Below, piece by piece: positions 53,125 to 64,000 of a stretch of DNA of 64,000 bases. The notes under the pieces were generated by a model, which saw only the letters and a list, made by a program, of their open reading frames with translations, searched no databases and was not told the DNA's origin. Source of the stretch: Podarcis melisellensis (taxonomy: Eukaryota); assembly GCA_964234715.1 (NCBI GenBank), contig OZ174277.1; one strand, written 5' to 3'. Both the position numbers and the translations under genes were made by a program. Each line of letters starts with the position of its first letter. The first letter of the stretch is position 1.

Positions 53125-53548
53125 CACACACACACACCAGTTCCTCTGCCACGAGCCCCCCTCCCCTTCTGACTCATAACCAGGAGCACAGGGCTCACTT
53201 AGCTCATTCAGCAGCACCTCCCAATTACACTCCTTTCTTTCTCCACTCCCCCCCAACATTGTGCATATACTGTATAGATACACACTCCCACCTACAGGTT
53301 CACACAACGCTCCCCCCACCGCTCCATCCAGCTCCTCCAGAGGAGCTCAATGCGTGTCTCGAATGTGTGAGCAGGGACACATCACTTGGTTTGACACAAG
53401 TCTGTTTAGGCGAAGAGAAAGGGGGGCGTGCGCATGTAACACACACACTGCACACGAACAAGAAGTCCCGTGGCATGTGAAAAGGGTGTCACACACTTGG
53501 TGTGGCAGGAGTCAGGCTGCAATTTACAGTGTAGACACTGTTCATGAA

Positions 53549-53858
53549 CAGCGCCGGACTGATGTATAAGCTAAACAAGCTATAGCTTAGGACCCCACTT
53601 TCTTGGGGTCCCCCCAAAAAAATTAAAGGAAAAAAAAAGCCTGGGTGTACATTTACAAAATATAAGATAAAATACAAATAAAATAAAACCTACATACAGC
53701 AACAGTGGCAAATGGCTTTAGATACCTATTAGGTCCATAAATTACCATATAGCATATATCCAACACCAAAAACAGCAGCAATTTGTTGTTGACAAAGGAC
53801 AGCTGGACCCCATTACTTTCAGCAGCTTAGGGCCTCATCAAACCTAAATCCGGCCCTG
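53549..53858. mobile_element. hAT-like MITE flanked by ~105-bp direct repeats
   Basis: TIR CAGCGCCGGA / TCCGGCCCTG; no 8-bp TSD, but a long direct repeat abuts both ends. Confidence 0.75.
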
Positions 53859-53889
53859 CACATTGCACACGGACAAGGTGTCCCATGGC

Positions 53890-54336
53890 CAGGGGCGCCG
53901 ACTTATAAAAAATATTGGGGGGCCCAAGACCTCCAAACCGCTGCTGCTGGGGGAACGAAAGGGGCGAGCCCGGGCTGCCCCGACCTTAAGTGAACCTGTG
54001 AGGGCCCGCCCTTTGCGGCAGCCGATTGGCTGCCGCCGTGGGCGGTGAATATTAATGAGCTAGGGGGAATCCCGCGAGATTGTTGATGGGTCGAGAGCCC
54101 GCAACCCCACCCCCTCTCTAGATCGGGAGTGGCTTTGTTTTAACTCATTACTGAATGTATTTTAAAAGGTAACTATCGTCAAACAAGGAAAATAAAAAAT
54201 ACCAACATAATTTTGTGATTTTACAAAGCATAATATAACTAATAATTTTCTTAAATTATTGGGGGGGCAGAGCCCCCCCAAACGAATTTTTGAGGGGGCT
54301 CGGGCCCCCTCAGGCCCCATGGAGTCGGCGCCTATG
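53890..54336. mobile_element. hAT MITE with promoter-like CpG-rich interior
   Basis: TIR CAGGGGCGCCGACT / AGTCGGCGCCTATG; 8-bp TSD CCCATGGC / CACATGGC. Confidence 0.85.
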
Positions 54337-54637
54337 CACATGGCATGTGGAAAGGGCGTCACACGCTTGGTGTGGCAGGAGGGAGCCAGGCTGCGATTTT
54401 TGTAGACTCTGCTCATGAATCAAAGAGCCAGCCTACCAGGTGTGTCCCAAGGCTGCTTGGGGTTATTTGTTCTGCAAGAAACTAAAACGCAGCTCCTCCC
54501 AAAGTTGTTACTCCCCCACCCATGGACTAAAGGGACATTGAAGGTGTTTTGTCTCGTCATTCACTGTTTATCCATCCCATGAGTTCCCATACAAGCTAGG
54601 ACAGCTCCCATGGTGATCCATTTTCCATTTGCTAGTG

Positions 54638-54669
<32 letters not shown>

Positions 54670-54670
54670 T
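54638..54670. repeat. (TA)n(CA)n microsatellite
   Basis: Read directly. Confidence 0.9.
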
Positions 54671-54891
54671 AAAAAAACATACAGGGTATTAAAGTAGTTT
54701 GTATATAAGCTCATTATCAGCACTGAATCCAACTAGTTTCCACCACAAAAATAAAAATCTTCTTACCCACTTAGTAAGCATCACAACAAATTAAAAATAT
54801 AAGTAATATCTTTGATGAATGTGGTTTCTCTCTTCAGTAATTAATGTATGTGGACCACTTGGGGGGAGGTGTCCTGCTGTAACAGTGTGTA

Positions 54892-55197
54892 GCTTAGGTC
54901 CAGTGCCGGGGGCCTTCTGGTGGTTCCCTCACTGCGAGAAGCCAAGCTACAGGGAACCAGGCAGAGGGCCTTCTTGGTAGTGGCACCCACCCTGTGGAAC
55001 GCCCTCCCATCGGATGTCAGAGAAATAAACAACTACCTGACATTTAGAAGACACCTGAAGGCAGCCTTGTTTAGGGAAGTTTTTAATGTGTGACATTTTA
55101 ATGTATTTTTAATCTTTGTGGAAGCCACCCAGAGTGGCTGGGGAAACCCAGCCAGATGGGCGGAGTACAAATAAATAAATAAATAAATAAATAAATA
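54892..55197 (+). mobile_element. L2-clade LINE 3' end with (AAAT)n tail
   Basis: GCAGAGGGCCTTCTTGGTAGTGGCACCCACCCTGTGGAACGCCCTCCC (RAFxVxAPxLWNxLP motif) followed by 3' UTR and (AAAT)n. Confidence 0.85.
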
Positions 55198-55852
55198 TTG
55201 CTATTATAAATTGTTCAGCTACTGCAACGTTATAAAATTTGTTGCTCTATTTGCCTAACAATGGTGTTGTTTTTTTATGATTTCCAGTACCTAACATTAC
55301 AAAGCTGTGCAACTGTTATAATATTGAAATTAATTCCTATTTCTATGGTAGTACGCTTTAGGTTAATAAGAACATAATTGGGTCATACAGTAACCAACTT
55401 CTAATTATCTTTTCTACAGATTGTATAATTTCTCCATTTAAAAAATCCTGTGCACAATCACTGGTTCACTCCAAATGCAAAAAATAAAATAAAGGTTTCA
55501 ACTGCTTTACTAATTTTTAAAAGAGTGATTTTATGAAACAAAAAAGTTATTTTTCAACCATTTCAGCCAGATTTAAGCCCTTGTAACTACTTTGATAACT
55601 CCAGCTCTTAACACTCTGAACTAGAAATTACTGAAATACAATTTATTAGTATGTTTGATCAACTTTACTTAGGTCTTAATTGAGATAATGTTTTTCTTTT
55701 CTTTTGTAGCAGGTGTTCAAACAGCATGACAAAGTTAGAAACATTGTATTATTACTTGTTACTGCTGTTACGAAAAGTCATTTCTTAAAAATCCGGTATA
55801 CACTTAATCTTACATCGAATTGTCACAGACTGCACATCTTGCATTTCATAAC

Positions 55853-55992
55853 NNNNNNNNNNNNNNNNNNNNNNNNNNNNNNNNNNNNNNNNNNNNNNNN
55901 NNNNNNNNNNNNNNNNNNNNNNNNNNNNNNNNNNNNNNNNNNNNNNNNNNNNNNNNNNNNNNNNNNNNNNNNNNNNNNNNNNNNNNNNNNNN
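55853..55992. other. Assembly gap (140 N)
   Basis: Run of N. Confidence 1.
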
Positions 55993-56115
55993 GGTAAGCT
56001 CTAGTCTAGTGCACAAAGGCTTATGCTGCAACAAAGTTATAAGACTTTGCTATTTTTGCTAAAACAGACTAACAAGGTTACTCCTCTGAAAGTTTGTTTT
56101 ATTTATTTTATTGAG

Positions 56116-56288
56116 TGTATTTTTCCATGTGTAAAACTATATTTCTCCCCATTTTTTTTCAAATTTAAAATGGGGGGGGGCTCATCTTATACATGGATAG
56201 TGCATATGGGGGATTTCTTTATTTGGAGTCCCCAAAATAGGGGGCGTGTTATACATGGGGGCATGTTATACATAGAAAAATACGGTAG
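56116..56288. mobile_element. Tc1/mariner-type MITE (CCGTATTTTTC-type termini)
   Basis: Inverted ends GTGTATTTTTC / GAAAAATACGGTA with repeated TTATACATGG subterminal motifs. Confidence 0.6.
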
Positions 56289-57766
56289 TTAGTTAATTTT
56301 CTTTATTTCTACTTCCCTATTTGATTCTGCCACCCAAGACGGCTGCTTCAGTGTGCCTCGTGGGCAGGCCAGCCCTGCAGATTGCCCTGTAATAATATTT
56401 TGGGTTATGATCATAGGAAGCTTTCTTATATTAAATCACTCCACTGGTCCATTTAGCTCAGCACTGTCTATGCTAACTTGGCAGCAGCTCCTCAGGGTTT
56501 CAGATAGAAGACTTTTGAAGCCCTTCCATTGAACCTGCAATCTTCTACATCCAAAATGTATGCTCTGCCACTAGGCTAGAGACTTTCCACAGTAATTAAA
56601 TTACTATGAAAATATCTTGCAGCATATTTGTTATCAGATTTTGAAGCAATGTCTCTTGTTCCTCATTCAGGCTCAATGCACAAATATTAAGGAAGCAAAT
56701 AGACAACATATAACATTTCCAGCGTGCAGTAAGTCAATCTTAAAAGTAAACTTTCATTCTTTCTTTCTTTTTACTTTCTTTTATTTTAGTTCTTCCATAA
56801 AGTCCATGCTTTGCGTTAAGTACCAAGCCTTGTGGGTTCATCTCTCATTTCTGTTTCTAATCTTGCTTCATCTTATGTTTAATATTAGGCCTGTAAACCC
56901 CAAACTCTTAAAACATTCCCTCCTGTGGATAAACTTGTTTAAGTGGGTGCTAAAATAATAGTCTTATATCTGGTTACAGTGACATGTAAACTTACAAATT
57001 CTTTTTCTTCTGTGTGCGTAAATATTTTGCCTTGGGGAAGACATTTTGTTCTTTTAGCCTTCACATACTTCTAAGGTGATGGAACAGTATGAATCGCCAG
57101 GAAGTTTTTTTCCTTCTCTCTGATGAATATCAGTGCTTCAAGCAAAGTAGCTTCATGAGATGAGAGCATTGTGTCATGCTTAGTGCAACTATATTATCCT
57201 TTTATAAAGGATAAACGCAATAGATAAATGCAGTGTTTTCATCCTCTGAAACAGGTATAGTTCAACCACATACTTTCTAAATTACTGAAGGAAATGGCTA
57301 CTAATGGAACTGGAGAGACCACTTGTGATCAGGTAGGACCTGAACCCAGATCTCCATGGTCCAAGTTATCATCATAACAATTATGAATTCAGTGGCTGTT
57401 CATGACACTGGACCTTCTCGGGTATGGATCCCCACCTGTGGGGCGTTCCCTCCCATCCCAATTCAGTCTTTCCTTCCTTCTTGAGATTCTGGTATGGTAT
57501 AAAGACATACCTTTTAAATCAGACATCCAGGTCAGAATGGCATTACTTGACGTTCTGTGATGCAGGATTTTTGCTGTAGTTTTGTTCAGTTGATTGGACT
57601 ACTGTACTTGAAATGGAATGACATTTTGCTATTTTTATTTTATTATATAATTTGTGTTTTTAATTGTCCACATGTGGATATCACTCTAATATCTCCTTTT
57701 TAAAAACTTTATTATGAAGTTAAAAAAACAATTTGGTGTATATACACACACACACACACACACACA

Positions 57767-58008
57767 CAGTGGTACCTCGGGTTAAGAACTTAATTCGTTC
57801 TTGAGGTCTGTTCTTAACCTGAAACTGTTCTTAACCTGAAGCCCCACTTTAGCTAATGGGGTCTCCTGCTACCACTGCACCACCGCTGCACTATTTCTGT
57901 TCTCATTCTGCAGCAAAATTCTTAACCTGAGGTAATATTTCTGGGTTAGCGGAATCTGTAACCTGAAGCGCCTGTAACCTGAAGTGTATGTAACCCGAGG
58001 TACCACTA
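57767..58008. mobile_element. Tc1/mariner (Tigger-like) MITE
   Basis: TIR CAGTGGTACCTCGGGTTA / TAACCCGAGGTACCACTA; same family as 32114-32355; flanked by (CA)n and (TA/TACA)n. Confidence 0.88.
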
Positions 58009-58089
58009 TATACATACATATACATATATATGTATGCATGTATGTAGAAAATAACAAAAAAGAAGGAAAAACTACAAAAAAAAACCCTG

Positions 58090-58640
58090 GGTCCACAGCC
58101 TTTCCCACATAAAATAAAGTACATTCGCAAGTGACCACACAATAAATTAGATGTTACAACAAAAACCAATCTGATATAAAGAGAATACAAAACAAGTGCT
58201 ATAAATAAAAACATATTCCATTGGGACATGTCATCTCTGTGATGGACTTGTCATATAAATCCATAGGTTTAGCTGCATCAAAAGATAACCTTGATTTATG
58301 AGACAATTTTTCTGAAATGAGGATAAACTTTATTTTATTGATCCAAATGTTTAAGGAAAAGCCCAATGACTCATTCCAGCCCTGTGATATGGTTATATGA
58401 GTAGTGACTAATAGAAAACATATATGTGGTTTACATAATAAGTCCATATTCAACTCCCAGAATTGATAGAAGACACAATTGGGGGTCTAAAAGCACTGGT
58501 ACCCCTATTATTTCAGAAATTTCTAGGGTCTCTTTTGAAGAAGAGCAGTTTAGAAATTATCTTAATAAATACAAGAAATAAAAATAAAGTTTCTCAGCAG
58601 AACATGAAAGTCAACTTAATGGGGTTTCCCATTGGCTATT
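58090..58640 (-). mobile_element. Decayed L1-clade LINE 3' end
   Basis: Broken frames EISEIIGVPVLLDPQLCLL / FLLVTTHITISQGWNES...IWINKIKFILISEKL resemble the L1 ORF2 C-terminus. Confidence 0.5.
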
Positions 58641-59155
58641 TAGAGAAGCAACCTCTCAGTTTAATTATATTTATGGAGAACATTATTTTAGGACACGAGT
58701 GATTTTCAGACTGGAACTCTGGGAAGGAGCAGAAGAGATTGATCCCTATTACAGACATTTCCTCCTCTTGTGAATAAGGATCATTGATCACATGAGGGCC
58801 TGATATGGAAGGTGAAGGAAGAAGATGCTCCACTGAGCCTGATAGAAATGCATAGAGATGGTCTTGGTGGTGAAACTGATTCATGCTGTAAATTTGTAGC
58901 TTTATTACAGAAATAACTTAGCTGTGTCCTTAAATATTTTTCAGCATCAGACCCTCACATATAAACTGCTTTTATATGTGAAGTTCCCCTCAAGTTTAAA
59001 AGCAGTTTGCTACGTGGCAGGGGGGCCTTGCTCTAGAGAGAAACTGTTGTCCAGACCACTTTTGGTGAATGAAAGGAGTTGTGCAGTTCTTTGTTTGGAT
59101 ATTGGCCAGGTTTGGGGAGGAAACACTGCACTTGAATATCTCCAGTTGGGGAACA

Positions 59156-59402
59156 TGTTATGTACTGAAGTTCTCACCCTGTGCCAGCAGGGGGATACTG
59201 TAGATAGTTATGCAAATAAGGGATCGAAAGTGACGTTCAGTGATTGGATAGTTTTAGAAAATTGTTACAGTTACGTTGTACTGGAGCTCTATATAAGCAG
59301 GCTGGCTGAACCCTTCAGTTCAGTTCTGTTCTGGCCTGTGAATAAACAAGAGCTGTTTGAAGAATCGCTGTGTCGTCTGATATGTTCACCCACAACTTAA
59401 CA
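59156..59402 (+). mobile_element. Solo LTR of an LTR retrotransposon (247 bp)
   Basis: TGTTA...TAACA termini, perfect 5-bp TSD GAACA (59151-59155, 59403-59407), internal TATATAA and AATAAA in the expected order. Confidence 0.88.
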
Positions 59403-60004
59403 GAACAGATAGCAAAATATTGTAAAAGGTTTCCTGTAACTTCTTTAAAGTACAGTTATCTAAAGTATTCCCAAGGTTAGAAGGGATAAATGAGTTCTAT
59501 AGAAAAACTGTCAGTTTCCTGTTCTAAGGGGGGCGGGAAAACTCGTTTTGTCGCAATACAACAGTTTGTAGCAGTGAGATGCCTGTGTTCAAAGCCATAA
59601 CAATTTTATGTACTGCAAAATAGTTGCTGCCCAAGATTCAATCTCATTCTTCCTTGGCCTCAAATCAATATACTTTTTGGAAGATATATAGAAAATATGT
59701 AAGGCTTTGATAGCTTCACTGAAGCTGTTCAGAGATTTTGAATGCTAGAATAAATCTGAGATGACTAGACACAGGTGATACAGGATAAACTTTGAATACT
59801 TTTATTGGATGAGATTGGGGCAGTTCACGGTTTCGGTGACCTGTGTCATCTGCTTAAAAATCCCCTCTGAGCACCAGGTCTGTCAATGGAAGCAGATTAA
59901 TGAAGTTTCCAGGGACGATAAGTTTTTTTGATATATTCAAATAAATGTGCACATTACCAAAATTCTATGTGGTAGCCTTTTTGAGACTTCCTGTTGGAAC
60001 AAGA

Positions 60005-60092
60005 AGGTCTTCACCTTCAACATCTCTAGGGAGGGAGTTCCAAAGTCTGGGAGCAGCCACCGAGAAGACCCTCTCCAGTGTCCCTGCCACAA
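60005..60092 (-). mobile_element. L2 LINE fragment
   Basis: Translation ERVFSVAAPRLWNSLP, the L2 terminal motif. Confidence 0.75.
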
Positions 60093-62010
60093 TGACACCA
60101 TCATGCCAAAATGATGGAGAGCATTTCATCTCCATTTGCCACTGCAATGATCAACTGTGGAAAGCAGGGTTAGTTCAAAGGTAACAAAGCCTGGGGCATT
60201 TTTGGGGAGTGATCCAGAAGCAGAACCAGTCCAAGACATTTTGACACCCAGGTTGAAGGACCTTTCCATGTACAAAATCTGACCAGATTGGCAATTGATT
60301 CTTATTTCAACACTCTTTCTGAGACAACAGTCTCCAGTGCACCACTTTTGGGACTGCAGGGCTTTATTACATCATACACATAGTTCTTTTCACTCCCCAT
60401 CCCTCATGCAGCTGATCCTGCCCAGGGAACCTGAGCCCTGGGTCTTTTGTAGTGAGCCACAAATATCTTGCCCCTCCCCTCTTTTTTAAATGGCTGGTGC
60501 ACTGTAAACACAGTGCTGATAATATCTTATTAAGCCACCATCTAAATTACCCAGCGTCAGCTATAGACATTAGTTAGCATACACAAAGTTCGTTGGTTGA
60601 TTATTGAGCAATTATTTAATTTCTATACCACTTAATATGTTAAATATAAGCAACGTGCAAAAAACTGAAGCAGCAACAGATAACTTAAAACAAAATATTA
60701 CAAAAACACACAGTTACATACAAAGTTACTAATATGTAAAAATCACTCTCAATTCATTTTCCTTCTGACATACCTACCCATTCAGCTTCTGAGTTTGGAC
60801 CCTCACCCAGGGCCCAAACAAACTCTCATCTCACTCATAAAAGTCTCACAAGAAGAAGAGATCCTGGAAACAGTGGACATCACCCTAGTCTCTCACTCTA
60901 GACTTGCTTTTTATGGGCAGGCCCAAGGTAGATGGTACCTAGATGGCTGCCCATAGCTGGGTCCCATTCAGTTGCACTTTCCATGCCCAGTTCCAGGAAT
61001 AGCAGGTTTGTTCAGTTTTCCAGGAAGCCCAAAGGATGGGGAAAGGGCTTCCCTCCACTCACAGCTTTTCTTCCCCCTCTGTCCTCTCCTCTTCCTTCAG
61101 CTCCTCCATTCGCCTGTGCCCAGAGACTTTCAAGAACCTAGCAATGACCCTAGAACAAACCTGGCACTAAGGTATATAGATGTTATCAAATGCCGATGCG
61201 ATTCATGTCGTATCATTGGTTCTCAGTAGAAGAGATTTAGCTTGCTTAGGTTACAGGGTTAATCCAGTAGTAATTGTGCAAGGATATCTGAAGTGCCAAT
61301 GACCTTGCAAGTTTCTTTGACATCATTCCACAAAAAGCCAACACTGGTAATTAAAATCAGCATGCTCCTTGGTGTCACAGTGTTTTGACCCCTTGCTGAA
61401 AATCCCTACATCTTACAAATAGCTATCATAGCTTCCAGCTACAGATACAAACACAAACTTGTGGTCAAAATCAGGAAACGGAATAGGCTTCTTGGGTGAC
61501 ATTTTCATTTTTCATTTTAGGAAAGTTTCTTTGTTAAAATGTATAATTCAAAGCAAGGAACACATTAATATGTCCCAACAGTGTTTGCTCCTAACAAGCG
61601 AAGCCAATGTCAGAGCATGTTTTCTATACAAACATAAATAGCAGCCCTCCTAGTAATTACTAAGCCTACAAAAAGAAAGAAAGAAATCTTCTAGTATGTA
61701 GCATCAACCTAATGAATGCTTTACTTGGAGAACTGCTATGAAACATTTGTTAATAAAGTATAGCATTATTTCTCTTGCATATTGCAAAAAACGAACCTTA
61801 AGTTCTTCTAAGGTACTATATATGCTACTTATAATTCCAATACATATTCCTACATATATTACTATTCATAGTTCCATAGTTTAGATACTATGACCAATTC
61901 TAAATAAGACAGAGTTGAAAATACTCATTATGTCATGTGAACATTTTCAGTAGTGCTGAGAATCTGTATTTTAATTCCCAGTAGTGATCCTCAGTCACTT
62001 GTTTGGAGGT

Positions 62011-62152
62011 TTGTTATTGTTGTTTATTTGTTTAGTTGTGTCCGACTCTTTGTGATCCCATGGACCAGAGCACGCCAGGCACTCCTGTCTTCCACTGCCT
62101 CCCGCAGTTTGGTCAAACTCATGCTGGTAGCTTCGAGAACACTATCCAACCA
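62011..62152 (-). mobile_element. RTE/BovB-like LINE 3' end
   Basis: GTGTCCGACTCTTTGTGATCCCATGGACCAGAGCACGCCAGGC...TCCAACCAT with (CAA)n-like tail on -. Confidence 0.8.
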
Positions 62153-62476
62153 TTAGCTCCATTTAAACCAGTAGACACAAAACCATCAGGATATAGCCAC
62201 AACAATATGATGCTTGGAAAGTTATTGGTAGTACTCTGCATAGGTACAGGCTGACGACACTACCGACTCATGTCAAACACTGTTGGATGCTCAAGAACCA
62301 CTCTGGCATCTGCACTCTGCTAAAATATGTTCTCAAAAATATAAGCCCCAGCAGCCCCCATCCCTTGCAACTAGGTCATTATGTACTGAGTTTTGAAATT
62401 CTAAAAATGTTAGCATTTGGAAAGGAAAAGTTTGTTTTATGCTCATTTTGTTTTTTGTTGTAATTGTTAGCTACCA

Positions 62477-62728
62477 GAGAGCCAGTGTGGTGTAGTGGTT
62501 AAGAGCGGTGGACTCGTAATCTGGGGAACTGGGTTCGCGTCTCCACTCCTCCACATGCAGCTGCTGGGTGACCTTGGGCTAGTCACACCTCTCTGAAGTC
62601 TCTCAGCCCCACTCACCTCACAGAGTGTTTGTTGTGGGGGAGGAAGGGAAAGGAGAATGTTAGCCGCTTTGAGACTCTTTCGGGTAGTGATAAAGCGGGA
62701 TATCAAATCCAAACTCTTCTTTTTCTTT
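62477..62728 (+). mobile_element. tRNA-derived CORE-type SINE (Squam3-like), full length
   Basis: Pol III A box (TGGTGTAGTGG) and B-box-like GGTTCGCGTCT, CORE-like CTGGGTGACCTTGGGCTAGTCAC, (CTT)n-like tail. Confidence 0.82.
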
Positions 62729-63729
62729 TACCCTGGGCTCCTTCAAGAGGAAGGGTAGGATACCATGTCAACAATCATCAACAGCACATGTGCTTCTTTT
62801 CTTCTTTTGCTTACTGAAGGGCATGGCAATGCTTTGACATTTTTCACTTTCCCCTTCACTGCATCTCTAAGATATCGTCAGAAAGAGCACCCTACACAAT
62901 GTCAAGCGTCTAGGGGCATAACTAACTCTGATTAGATCAGAGTACTACATCTTCTGTATTTTTCTTATCTTTTCTCTTTTTCTCTCCCAGCACAGCTTCT
63001 AGGTCCACAAAAATCCATTCATCTGTTTATGTCTTTAAGATACTACAGAACCTTTTTTTATTGCACAATAACAAGTTGGCTAATGAACAAAGATATTTTA
63101 AAACATTTGCATCGTACTGATAATGGAATAGTTTAAAGATGTGATAGCAGCATTGTAACCTCGCAGCCTTACGTCTGACTGTGTTTAAAAGGATAACTTA
63201 GTTTCTCAACTTTGTGCCAAACCATCTCACAGAACCTCAGATTACAGTGACAGAATTAAGATGGGTTAGACAGGCTGAAATGGAGATGGGCATAGTAGGG
63301 ACTGAAGGTTTACTTTGCCCTGTTGTTTGTCATTGTCACCATCCCCAGTTTCTGGCAGAATTTGTGGTATTATGGGAGGCTATGGAACAGGGATGCTGAG
63401 ATCTTGCTATTCTGACTTGGTTTTGTTAATATTCCAATGTACACACAGAGCTCTCAACTGTACAAGGGCTCCCTCCAGTTCAGTGGGATTCCAGGTTGAG
63501 GGAAGAGTAATTGAATTCTAATCCTTCATTGTAGATTATTCAACTAACCTAAAGTACTTTCATGTATAATACTAGTTGTTGTTGTTGCTGATTATGATGA
63601 TGAAGCATTCATTCAATATAATTTACCCAGTAAGAAAACATAATGTATATTGTGAAACCTGCATATTTTCTCATTATTGAATACAGAGCCTAGTCTTTAA
63701 AAGTGCCATGCTGACACAACCCTTCCTTC

Positions 63730-63750
63730 ACACACACACACACACACACA
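63730..63750. repeat. (CA)n microsatellite
   Basis: Read directly. Confidence 0.9.
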
Positions 63751-64000
63751 ACATCAGGCTTTTCACATGCAATGATGAGTTCTCACAAACATAATAATTT
63801 GCCCCACTTCCAGACTGGAAAAAGCATTCTTCCCGATAATACTTTGGCACAAAGATGGGAAAGCACATCACATAAATTAGCTTCTTATAATACTTTCAGA
63901 AGAGTTTGAAGAAGGTTAACCTCTTAGCTGAGAAGAGGATTAAGATGCCACCATCACATGACTATGTAGAATTAGTGAGTCTAATTCTGTGCTGGCTTTA

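Noticed and set aside
55713-56062. ORFs spanning the N run
   Set aside because: Artefacts of the assembly gap.
58924-59400. 158-aa ORF
   Set aside because: Non-ATG start, runs across the LTR boundary, no domain similarity; chance ORF.
62477-62550. tRNA-like sequence
   Set aside because: Head of a SINE; no complete cloverleaf or acceptor stem.

Overview
Vertebrate (squamate, probably lacertid lizard, judged from Sauria-SINE and Squam3-like SINE copies) genomic DNA with two convergent spliced genes. On +, the 3' part of FBXO25: nine coding exons, 3537-13126, including a 27-nt microexon; the first coding exon lies upstream of the window. On -, the complete TDRP gene: CpG-island first exon near 52.5 kb, coding exons at 51538-51645, 26902-27005 and 25771-26116, plus a frame-preserving 60-nt exon at 39442-39501 that the ORF track misses. 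Exon boundaries were read by hand from GT/AG sites and the phases are consistent; protein identities come from my recollection of the vertebrate orthologues, not a database search. The rest is intron/intergenic DNA with hAT and Tc1/mariner MITEs, SINEs, L1/L2/RTE fragments, an intact solo LTR and a 140-nt assembly gap. Most ORFs in the supplied track are chance ORFs. I see no convincing wholly new multi-gene system. The best leads are the extra TDRP exon, a strong-Kozak signal-peptide-like uORF, an RFX X-box, and a cluster of four MITEs at the TDRP promoter, one flanked by a ~105-bp duplication.
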